Source: a virus. From it: a stretch of 64,000 nt of DNA. Position 1 is the first letter of the stretch, and each line of letters begins with the position of its first letter. Positions 28,958 to 37,100 of this stretch are shown here, in pieces. The notes under the pieces were generated by a model that was given only the letters and a program-made list of their open reading frames with translations, searched no databases and had not been told where the DNA came from. A program made the position numbers and the translations under genes. The stretch lies in IMG/VR virus record IMGVR_UViG_3300050120_000126, positions 2,407 through 66,406 of that record, one strand, 5' to 3'.

Positions 28958-31507
28958 ATGGGCGCAATTTCCCCGCGGATTCAGCCGCAGGGACTTCAAC
29001 AGATTGATTATCTCAATCCGCTTGCGGCTATGTTCTGGCTGCCGAGTGGAAATCAATTCTACGAAGTCCATACCAAAAAGCCATGTTTCCGTGCGGCCGG
29101 CTCAAAAGCGATCGGCCCAGCGCCAGCCGGTGTAGGGCAAGCGTTCGTTGCTGATGGCGCGACCTCGTTTGCCGTCGCCACACCGGTAACACTCACTGGA
29201 TCTTTCACGATATCGATTCTCGCAGCGTCGTCTGCGAGTACCGCATCGATGGCGCTTGGCGATACCACATCGTCAAACAATTTTCTATGGATTGATGATG
29301 GTAGTTCCGAGGGGCGCTGGCGCATAAGCGGAGGCGATTTCCCGTTTACAAATAGCAATTTCACTGCCATGGCGGTTTATACCGTGTCAGTGTTGCCGCC
29401 TGCGAATGGTGGCAGCTATCAGATCATCATGTACAAAAATGGTGTTCAGGTCGGAGTAGGCAGTTCCGGTACCGTTCCAAGTTTTGTATTTAATACCATC
29501 GGAGACGGCTTCACGGCTGGATCATTCCGAATGGCGACCGGCGGTTTTATCGCTGGTGTTTATGCGCATCCAACGCATGGCATGACAGCGACCGAAGTTG
29601 CGGATCATGCGGCTAATTTCTTCGGTACGCTACAGGAAGATTCTTATAGCCTATCGAGCTTTTTGAAATCGCCTGCAAGTACCATTTCGGCTTCGCTCGG
29701 AATCGAAACCAGTGCTGGCCTCCCAGCATCGATCGGCTCTGCAACAACGATTGCCGCATCGGTTGCCACGGTATTCGACGCAGGTCTGAGTGCGTCTATC
29801 ACGGCCGCGACGATCACGATCACGTCGCCTACGCAATATCAGTGTTTTCAACAGAACGTTGCGACACATACTGCCAACTTTACGATATCCGGTACATATA
29901 CCGGCACGCCGACCAGCATTCAGGCAAGTTTCAATGGCAGCGCATGGCAGACCATCAGCGCATCACCGACCGGAGGTAATTATTCCGGGACATTCACCGG
30001 TGCAGCGCGGGGGCAAGGTACGCTTTCCGTACGATTTTCGAATGATACAAGCACCAATTCAGCGGTAACGTTAATCACCGTTGGCGACGGTATTTTGGTC
30101 TACGGCCAAAGTAATAATGTTGGGCATGCCGTCCAGTACGTCCCGCCATCGAACGCCGTTTTTCAGGCAATGGAATACAACGTACTTGGCAATTTCACGC
30201 CGCTTTTTGAATCGGCATCGACGGGATTGCAATTCAGCGATCGGTTCACGACTAGCGGCGCCGGGCCGAGTGCTCAATGTTCAGCTATGAATCAAAGTAC
30301 GGTCGATGGTCAGGGTTCATACTTTGGCGCACTGGCCACGCTGATTATGGCAACCGGAACACCGGTGTTTTTCATTCCTTGCGCCGTGGGAAGTACACTA
30401 GTGTCTGACTGGCAGCCAGGTACGGTCCATAACAATCCAGCAACCCTTTATGGCGCCGCTGTTACTCGCGCACTACTGCACCCCTGTCGATATGCTGTTT
30501 GGTGGCAAGGTGAAAGTGATGCTACTGCCGGCACGTCGACAGCCACATACATTTCGCTGTTGAACAACGTAGTTAATAATTTCTTTGCAGACACCGGCCT
30601 TAAAACTGTCGTCTATCAAATTAACTATGCTGGTGGCGCGTATTGCACATTGGCTCAATACAACACAATCGTTGCTGGGCAGCAGAATGTTCAACTGACA
30701 AATGCAAACGCATGTGTCGGCCCGAATATGAATGGCCTTTGGACAGGAAATGTCCATTACCAAACATCAGCCGATATCGCTGCAGTTTCACAGACAGCTT
30801 TCAATGTATTGGGGGCGCTGTTCTATGGCGGAACCGAATTCATTACGAATTCGCCAGGACAGGTAACTGATGTCGGGCAGGGCGCATCAATCAATGTCAT
30901 ACCAACGACGGTATCAGCATCTACCGGCATTGAAATTGCTGCCGGCCTACCGGCAATGGTTAGTTTTACCAATACGATTAACTCCGCATTGGGCTTGGTT
31001 TTAGACGCTGGGCTAGGGGCATCTATCGTCTTGCCGACCGTAGTCGCATCAGCAATCGGCCAAATAGTCGATGCAGGACTTGAAGCAACGATAGTTGATA
31101 CGCCATTTGCCGGCACTGTTGTTAATGCATCCGTAGGTTCGGTTACGTTCCTCGGCCTGCCATTTACTCAGCAACCCTATACAGCTCCGCCATCAAACCG
31201 CACCTATGTCGTTGATAGTCGATCGAGAATCCCGATTTTCGACAAATCGCCATTGGCGGACTTAGATTATGCGTTTGACTGGACGGCGTATTTGGCCGAA
31301 GTGTCAGATTCATTCTCTGGCACGCCGACCATTGCGGTTTCGGATGGACTGACGCTGCAAGCCGGGCCTGCTGTTCACGGTGGAAAAGTCGTTTTCTGGC
31401 TAGAGGGAGGTACAGCGGGCGTCTATTATTTTGTCACTTGCACTATTTCTACCCAGGGAGGGCGAATAGATAGTCGCGTAATAAAAGTATGGTGCCACGT
31501 TATTTAA
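28958..31507 (+). CDS. Large fibre/spike-like protein with lectin-like N-terminus and SGNH O-acetylesterase domain
   Basis: GQSN (block I), AVGST, WWQGESDA (block III), NVHY catalytic His; C-terminal DKSP..LDYAFDW adaptor-like domain. Confidence 0.75.
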   Translation: MGAISPRIQPQGLQQIDYLNPLAAMFWLPSGNQFYEVHTKKPCFRAAGSKAIGPAPAGVGQAFVADGATSFAVATPVTLTGSFTISILAASSASTASMALGDTTSSNNFLWIDDGSSEGRWRISGGDFPFTNSNFTAMAVYTVSVLPPANGGSYQIIMYKNGVQVGVGSSGTVPSFVFNTIGDGFTAGSFRMATGGFIAGVYAHPTHGMTATEVADHAANFFGTLQEDSYSLSSFLKSPASTISASLGIETSAGLPASIGSATTIAASVATVFDAGLSASITAATITITSPTQYQCFQQNVATHTANFTISGTYTGTPTSIQASFNGSAWQTISASPTGGNYSGTFTGAARGQGTLSVRFSNDTSTNSAVTLITVGDGILVYGQSNNVGHAVQYVPPSNAVFQAMEYNVLGNFTPLFESASTGLQFSDRFTTSGAGPSAQCSAMNQSTVDGQGSYFGALATLIMATGTPVFFIPCAVGSTLVSDWQPGTVHNNPATLYGAAVTRALLHPCRYAVWWQGESDATAGTSTATYISLLNNVVNNFFADTGLKTVVYQINYAGGAYCTLAQYNTIVAGQQNVQLTNANACVGPNMNGLWTGNVHYQTSADIAAVSQTAFNVLGALFYGGTEFITNSPGQVTDVGQGASINVIPTTVSASTGIEIAAGLPAMVSFTNTINSALGLVLDAGLGASIVLPTVVASAIGQIVDAGLEATIVDTPFAGTVVNASVGSVTFLGLPFTQQPYTAPPSNRTYVVDSRSRIPIFDKSPLADLDYAFDWTAYLAEVSDSFSGTPTIAVSDGLTLQAGPAVHGGKVVFWLEGGTAGVYYFVTCTISTQGGRIDSRVIKVWCHVI

Positions 31508-31558
31508 TTGAAATCGGTCAAGCCACCTTCGGGTGGCTTTTTTACGTCTGAGGAATTT

Positions 31559-32140
31559 ATGCAAGACACACCGAAAAACGAACATGAATTGAAGGCAACC
31601 TATACCGTCGATCTGTTTTATATCGACGAACCAGAGCCACGGAAGCCGACAGTCGTTTTCGAGCGAATGAAGCGGGCGGCTGATAAGGATGGCGCCGTAT
31701 GCGCCATATCCGGCCAGCCGCACCCTCAATACCACCATATCTTTTGCGAGTATGCCGCGCGCGATCAGATCAAATGGGATGTCGTCAAAGGCGTCGCACT
31801 TGGCGTGATCACGCAATTGCCGGTACTTGACCTGGTGACGGATCAACCGATCCCCGGTCAATTCTTCGATGCAAAGAAGAGTTTGCTGTGGAAGCTCTGC
31901 AAGTGGTGTGAAGTCAGTTTTGATATGGATTGGTCGACGTTCGACCCAACCGATCCGACCAGTTTCGTCGATAGCATTCACAACATGCTGCCGCTGAACG
32001 TGAAATTTCACATCCTCAAGGATCACGGTATCCATCTGGTGCCATTCCCTGAGTTTCTGCTGCAGGCGCTGCCACGGAAGGACGGCTTCATTTTGACGCC
32101 AGATGAAGTGGCTGCCGTCGAAAGCGCGGTGGCCGCATGA
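31559..32140 (+). CDS. Hypothetical protein (His/Cys motifs)
   Basis: GAGG RBS; CAISG..QYHH and H...HGIH. Confidence 0.55.
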   Translation: MQDTPKNEHELKATYTVDLFYIDEPEPRKPTVVFERMKRAADKDGAVCAISGQPHPQYHHIFCEYAARDQIKWDVVKGVALGVITQLPVLDLVTDQPIPGQFFDAKKSLLWKLCKWCEVSFDMDWSTFDPTDPTSFVDSIHNMLPLNVKFHILKDHGIHLVPFPEFLLQALPRKDGFILTPDEVAAVESAVAA

Positions 32141-32418
32141 ATGATTTCGAGCAAATCCGTTTAGTTATCGAATTGGTTGTTGGGTTGTTCGTAACGCCGC
32201 TGGCGCTGATTTTGTGGTGGATGTATCGACGCCTGGTAGCAGATGTTCGTGAGATTGTGAAGGAATTGTCCGATTTCAAATTGCATGCTTCCGAAACGTA
32301 CAGCACGAAAAACGATTTGGGAAAGGCCATCGATCAATTCAGCCGGTCGATCGATGCTGTCTTCGCAAAGCTGGACAAGATCGATGACAAGCTTTATCAG
32401 GGGGCGGCGCGGACATGA
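32137..32418 (+). CDS. Holin-like single-TM coiled-coil protein
   Basis: N-terminal TM; coupled to the endolysin. Confidence 0.5.
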   Translation: MNDFEQIRLVIELVVGLFVTPLALILWWMYRRLVADVREIVKELSDFKLHASETYSTKNDLGKAIDQFSRSIDAVFAKLDKIDDKLYQGAART

Positions 32419-32882
32419 GCACCAATCGTACTGCCTTCCTCGATATGATCGCTCACAGCGAGATTGGCGCGGCCCTGCTGGCTGTTTCCGACAATGGCTA
32501 TAACGTCGTTGTCGGTAGCACCGCCAGAAATCCGATCCTGTTTTCATCGTACTCGGATCACCCGCGCCGGCTGGTGCGTTTGAATGCGCATTTATCGTCG
32601 ACGGCTGCCGGCCGGTACCAAGTTCTTGAGCGGTATTTCGACGCTTATAAAAAGCAACTCGATCTGACTGACTTCTCGCCGGCCAATCAGGACATTATCG
32701 CCATTCAGCAACTACGAGAAAAGGGCGCATTGCCTTTAATTGATGCTGGCCAGTTCGCGGGCGCAGTCACAAAGGCGTCGGCGATCTGGGCATCGCTGCC
32801 TGGAGCGCTATACGGGCAGCACACGAACGACTTAACCGATCTGCAGGCAGTTTATGTGGGTGCTGGCGGCAAGCTCTCGTAA
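32415..32882 (+). CDS. Endolysin, lambda-R-like lytic transglycosylase
   Basis: AFLDMIAHSE, STAAGRYQ, DFSPANQD, IWASLPG..YGQ motifs. Confidence 0.92.
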   Translation: MSTNRTAFLDMIAHSEIGAALLAVSDNGYNVVVGSTARNPILFSSYSDHPRRLVRLNAHLSSTAAGRYQVLERYFDAYKKQLDLTDFSPANQDIIAIQQLREKGALPLIDAGQFAGAVTKASAIWASLPGALYGQHTNDLTDLQAVYVGAGGKLS

Positions 32883-33038
32883 CACCAAAACGCACCACAA
32901 ATTATTCCAAAAATTATTCCGGCCGCCCATTGAGGCGGCTTTTGCTTTTGTGCTGCGGGTAGGAGGCATCCGATAAGCACGCGTCCTGGGCGTGTTTCCG
33001 CAGCAATTTATTCCAGGGTATTTGCAGGGAGTATCCAA

Positions 33039-33545
33039 ATGCATAATCTTCCATTTCCTCTTGTAGTGGCGATTGATGGTGAGTTGCGCGCCTCATCCGA
33101 TGCGCTTTCGGCTGGAATCGGCCAAGCACATGCCAGCGTCATCAAGTTGGTCCGGCGTCACAGCGAAAGCCTTGAGCGGTTTGGAAGGGTCAGATTTAAA
33201 ATCCGACCCTTTGCAACTCGTGGCGGCAATCAGTCGCGCGAGGTCGCACTTCTAAACGAGCATCAAGCAACGCTACTTATTGCAATGATGCGCAACTCGC
33301 CCCGTGTGATTGATTTCAAAGTACGCCTAGTTGAAGAATTCTTCCGTATGCGCGACGAATTGCAAGTCCGGACGAATGATCTTTGGAAACAAATGCAAGC
33401 GCTGATCGCCAAAGAGGTCGAATCGAAGGTGCGCGCCTCATTCGGTTCGCACCTGATGAATATCCGAAAGAAAGAAATCCCTCCGCTTCGAGATAAGCGG
33501 TACCTACTGGAGCAAGAAATCCAGCCACCCTTATTTCTCAATTAA
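33039..33545 (+). CDS. Rha family regulatory protein
   Basis: H.SVIKLVR, ALLNEHQATLLI, V..FKVRLVEEF motifs. Confidence 0.8.
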   Translation: MHNLPFPLVVAIDGELRASSDALSAGIGQAHASVIKLVRRHSESLERFGRVRFKIRPFATRGGNQSREVALLNEHQATLLIAMMRNSPRVIDFKVRLVEEFFRMRDELQVRTNDLWKQMQALIAKEVESKVRASFGSHLMNIRKKEIPPLRDKRYLLEQEIQPPLFLN

Positions 33546-33590
33546 CCCGGCCACGAGCCGGTTTTTTTACGCCTATCAAAAAGGACTGCC

Positions 33591-33821
33591 ATGAATCAGA
33601 AATTTACCTATGTCGTGTTGGGACTGTATTCCGCTGCCTACCTGCTGCTGTTCGGTACCTGGGCTGCTCTCGTCCTGACATCCAATACCCAAGCAACCGA
33701 ATTCGTCCTCTATATCAAAGACGCACTTATCGGCTTGACTGCTCACGTCATGACGCTGATCAATTTTGGCGGCGGCAATCCGCCACCTCCCGCCGTAGTT
33801 ACCAATCCTGTCACCCAATAA
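33591..33821 (+). CDS. Small two-TM membrane protein (holin candidate)
   Basis: AAGGA RBS; two hydrophobic segments. Confidence 0.5.
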   Translation: MNQKFTYVVLGLYSAAYLLLFGTWAALVLTSNTQATEFVLYIKDALIGLTAHVMTLINFGGGNPPPPAVVTNPVTQ

Positions 33822-33830
33822 GGAATTTCC

Positions 33831-34316
33831 ATGAAAAAGCTATTTCTCGCCGTTCTCGCTGTCTCGCTGGCTTTGGCAGGCTGCGCAACCACGCAAGCAC
33901 CAATTGTGATTGCGCCCATCACGCCAGCGCAACTGTTGACGCAAATCAATACTGTAGTCTGCCCGGTCTATGACGCGACCGCGACCGCGATTGAAACCAC
34001 GCCTGGCGTCGATCCTGCTGTTGCCACATCGTTGCAAGCCCAATCGGCAAAGGTCGATAAGGTATGCGCTCTCAGTGCCACGCTGGACGCAACAAATCTG
34101 CAAACGCTGGCCGATTCTTCGGTACCGGTAATCCTAGCCATTGCCGAATCGTTGCCGCCAAGCCCGCAACGTGACGCCGCGATTGCTGCGATTACCATCG
34201 CGAAGACCATGCTACCGGTTCTGATTGCGCAAGTGAAGGCGATTGCTGCTGCCCAACCGATCCCATCAGCCGGCACGCCGTCTGCCGTCACCCCAGCGCC
34301 GAGCGTAGTGGCATAA
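33831..34316 (+). CDS. Lipoprotein
   Basis: Signal peptide with LAGC lipobox. Confidence 0.75.
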   Translation: MKKLFLAVLAVSLALAGCATTQAPIVIAPITPAQLLTQINTVVCPVYDATATAIETTPGVDPAVATSLQAQSAKVDKVCALSATLDATNLQTLADSSVPVILAIAESLPPSPQRDAAIAAITIAKTMLPVLIAQVKAIAAAQPIPSAGTPSAVTPAPSVVA

Positions 34317-34943
34317 ATGATCAGCGATCTTGATCTGGCGCTGGTGTGCGAATATTCGTATTCCAGCGCCAAGCAGACGTGGGGAACTGATACCGTTCAC
34401 GTCTATTGCATCTTGAAGCCCGGCCGCTGCATCATCGCATTCGAAGGTACAACCGACTTTGACGAGTGGCAAGTCAACTTCGAGGCAATCCCGGTCGACG
34501 TACGCGGGATCGATCATAAAGACCTCGGGTTCGTGCATCTCGGCTGGTGGCAGGATGTGCAGTCCGTGCAGCAGCCGATCATCGATTTCTTGAAGACGCT
34601 GCCAGCCGGTACCGAGTTGGGCTGCACCGGTCACTCAAAAGGCGCGAGTGAAGCATTGATCTTTGCGGCGCAGGCCAAAGCGGCCGGCATTGTCTGGACT
34701 CGCGTATCGACGTTCGGTACACCGCATCCAGGCGGCTTGGCCGGTCTGATTACCAGCGAACTCGGCAACGACTATCGGAACGGATCTGATCCAGTCGCCG
34801 ATGTGCCTTTCTACTTACCGCGACCCCGGCCTATCACATTGATAGATGCGCCGGTACCGCAGTTCAATACTCCGGACTGGGGGCCGGCGATCTGCCACCA
34901 TATCCAAAACTACACGGCAGCGATGCGAGCAATGCACGTCTAG
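34317..34943 (+). CDS. Class 3 lipase-like alpha/beta hydrolase
   Basis: IAFEGT, VHLGW, TGHSKGA nucleophile elbow, TFGTP, DPVADVP, terminal H..Y. Confidence 0.85.
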   Translation: MISDLDLALVCEYSYSSAKQTWGTDTVHVYCILKPGRCIIAFEGTTDFDEWQVNFEAIPVDVRGIDHKDLGFVHLGWWQDVQSVQQPIIDFLKTLPAGTELGCTGHSKGASEALIFAAQAKAAGIVWTRVSTFGTPHPGGLAGLITSELGNDYRNGSDPVADVPFYLPRPRPITLIDAPVPQFNTPDWGPAICHHIQNYTAAMRAMHV

Positions 34944-34954
34944 TTTACGTTATG

Positions 34955-34970
34955 CTGTATACCCATACAG
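34955..34970 (+). promoter_or_regulatory. LexA (SOS) box
   Basis: CTGT-ATACCCAT-ACAG about 30 bp upstream of ORF 35001. Confidence 0.75.
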
Positions 34971-35000
34971 TATATTGAGGCTGGAAGTTACCAGTAGGAC

Positions 35001-35393
35001 ATGGACGATAATATGTATTCGCTCGGCATGGGGCATCTAGCGAGCGCGCCGCCGAATGAGCATGTACCCATCGTGGGCGCTTCGGTATCGGTGCGCCTGC
35101 TTCGAAAAAATGGCGTCAAATTATCCAAGGCAGAACGTGAGGCGCAAGAGCCGCTTGTTGGCGAAATGACGATTGCGCCATTTATGAAAGATGCCAGCGC
35201 ATCGATCGGGTTGGAGGCGATGCTATTTAATTCCACGGGAAACTTGCGGTACAACTTGCATAAATGCCTTTTCGATCCTCGGGTAATTAGCATGGATGTA
35301 CGCGGGACGGTTTATCGCGGATTCGAGCGGGAAGTCATTGATGGGAAAATGATCGAATTCGTGCAGGTATGGCTAGTTATGCCTAGGGTATAA
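35001..35393 (+). CDS. SOS-box-preceded hypothetical protein
   Basis: Isolated ORF with its own promoter region and LexA box. Confidence 0.65.
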   Translation: MDDNMYSLGMGHLASAPPNEHVPIVGASVSVRLLRKNGVKLSKAEREAQEPLVGEMTIAPFMKDASASIGLEAMLFNSTGNLRYNLHKCLFDPRVISMDVRGTVYRGFEREVIDGKMIEFVQVWLVMPRV

Positions 35394-35574
35394 GTAACGC
35401 CGTTAATTCATCCAGGCGGGCGAGATATGCAGCAGCCATTATCTTGCCATGCTCATCATTTCCAAGCCCCTCGGCCTTTATCTCATCGCGCATGCTTGAT
35501 ATGGCGACACGTAGTGTTGCTGATTGAGCATGCGTCAATTTTGCGCCATTAATAAAAATCTCTGCTTCGCTCAT
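35383..35574 (-). CDS. Hypothetical protein
   Basis: 63-aa ORF convergent on 35001-35393. Confidence 0.5.
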   Translation of the reverse strand: MSEAEIFINGAKLTHAQSATLRVAISSMRDEIKAEGLGNDEHGKIMAAAYLARLDELTALLIP

Positions 35575-35579
35575 ATCGT

Positions 35580-35810
35580 TGCTTTCAATCGTGGGAAATA
35601 CAGTTGTAAGTCATTGTTTTTCACTGGTTTATACAGTGGTTTGTTGTGGTCGCGGTATAATGCCGGATTCGCTTTCAACCAATTGATTTAAATCAGAAAA
35701 GACATTTTTACGCATGTTATCTACAGCGTATCTCACGAAATTATGAAAGCCTTTACCAGCCTCAAAAAACTATAAATCGTGGAAAATAAATTAATATTCG
35801 TGGAATTACT
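35580..35810. other. Putative attP region
   Basis: AT-rich gap at the int 3' end; arm-like repeats AATCGTGGGAAATA (35587), AATCGTGGAAAATA (35775), ATTCGTGGAATTA (35796); IHF consensus AATCAATTGGTTG on minus strand (35676-35688). Confidence 0.6.
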
Positions 35811-36909
35811 TGATCGAAATCAATTTATATCCCTTGCCGCGCATATCATCATATTTGTCCGTCATTGATGCATTGGCATGACCTAGAATCGCTTGAGCGA
35901 ATTCCGCACCATATTGCTCCCGGTACAGCCGCTCAGACAGACTCCGTATTTCATGGAACGTCGGCGGCGTCCGGCCTTCCTCGGCTGTTATTTTTGCTTT
36001 GGTCAAGGCCAGTGTAAATGCCGTCGATAATGCGTTAGAGTTTGCCTTTGAGCCAGGCGTCGCCATGCCGACCCGCCTGCTATGGTGCACCATATACTGG
36101 CTGAGTACGCGGTTACGGCAGCCATTGACAGCATCCTCGATAGTCATTTTTACCTTATCCAGCCCTACCTTCCCATCCAGTTGTAATTTGACTCGACCTT
36201 GCCCTTTCCCTTGTTCGACGTACAAAAATCCCTTTTTATAGTCCGCGAATTTCATTGACGTAATATCGTCGCGCCGCTGTGCCGTCAGCAATGCCAAGTT
36301 CATCGCGCACTGCACCCAGTCAGGCGCTTGCGCATATATCAAATGGAATTGCTCCAGCGTAAGTCGTTCGCGCGCCACCTTGCGACTCGGCGTGTACGTT
36401 GCTGTCACCGGATTTGTTCCTGCATCGATGAAACCCCGCGTCTCTGCCATACGGAACATATCGTGCAGTCGCGCTCGGAGCATAAGCGCGGTGCTGGAGC
36501 CGACCCTCTTTTCTGTCTCTTCTACCAACTTGGCTATGTGGTGCACGCCGACCTCTTTTAAGCGCATCCAGGCGAATTCGCACGCCAGAATACGATTCAG
36601 ATACACGCCTGCTTGGCGCAGTGTTGATGCGGCCGGCTTGGTCGCTTCTATCCATAATTCCTTATAGAGCGGAACCCATTGTTCGACGGTATGCCCGATC
36701 TTTCCCGTAACCCAGTCTGCCAGCGTCGATTTATCCATTGCCGCCAACGCAGCGTTTGCCGCGCGCGCCTCGGTGAAGGCTTTGATCTTGTCTTGGCCAA
36801 TACCGCGGCGTTCGCCGTTTAACGGGTTTCTGTAATAGAAATAGCCATTTGGATTCCGGTACAAATTGGCCGGAAACTGGCGATTGACTGCGAGGCGTTT
36901 CCGTCCCAT
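35806..36909 (-). CDS. int: Tyrosine integrase (lambda-like)
   Basis: TAQRRDDI (R), FHEIRSL (HxxR), LGH, terminal Y; N-terminal arm-binding domain. Confidence 0.95.
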   Translation of the reverse strand: MGRKRLAVNRQFPANLYRNPNGYFYYRNPLNGERRGIGQDKIKAFTEARAANAALAAMDKSTLADWVTGKIGHTVEQWVPLYKELWIEATKPAASTLRQAGVYLNRILACEFAWMRLKEVGVHHIAKLVEETEKRVGSSTALMLRARLHDMFRMAETRGFIDAGTNPVTATYTPSRKVARERLTLEQFHLIYAQAPDWVQCAMNLALLTAQRRDDITSMKFADYKKGFLYVEQGKGQGRVKLQLDGKVGLDKVKMTIEDAVNGCRNRVLSQYMVHHSRRVGMATPGSKANSNALSTAFTLALTKAKITAEEGRTPPTFHEIRSLSERLYREQYGAEFAQAILGHANASMTDKYDDMRGKGYKLISIK

Positions 36910-36910
36910 A

Positions 36911-37096
36911 TCAATCGCCGCTGTATTCTGCGGTTGGCTTCACGTACCAGAGTCGGCCCATCTTCTTCGGCGCCGGCTGGATGCGCCCGGCATGAACCCA
37001 GTTAAGCAAGGTGTTAGGGTGGGGAGGTTTGGTGCCGAAGACGATCGACGCCCATTCTCGCAGTGTGACGAATTTTGGTTGCGCAATGCTATTCAT
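36911..37096 (-). CDS. xis: Excisionase
   Basis: VTLREWA...TL.NW..AGRIQPAP.K.GR; directly upstream of int. Confidence 0.85.
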   Translation of the reverse strand: MNSIAQPKFVTLREWASIVFGTKPPHPNTLLNWVHAGRIQPAPKKMGRLWYVKPTAEYSGD

Positions 37097-37100
37097 GATT

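Noticed and set aside
26129-31507. Tail fibre or spike as DGR target
   Set aside because: No TR-like sequence found by eye in these genes; an alignment should confirm this
35624-35636. CTGGTTTATACAG as a third SOS box
   Set aside because: Spacing is CTG-N7-CAG, not N10
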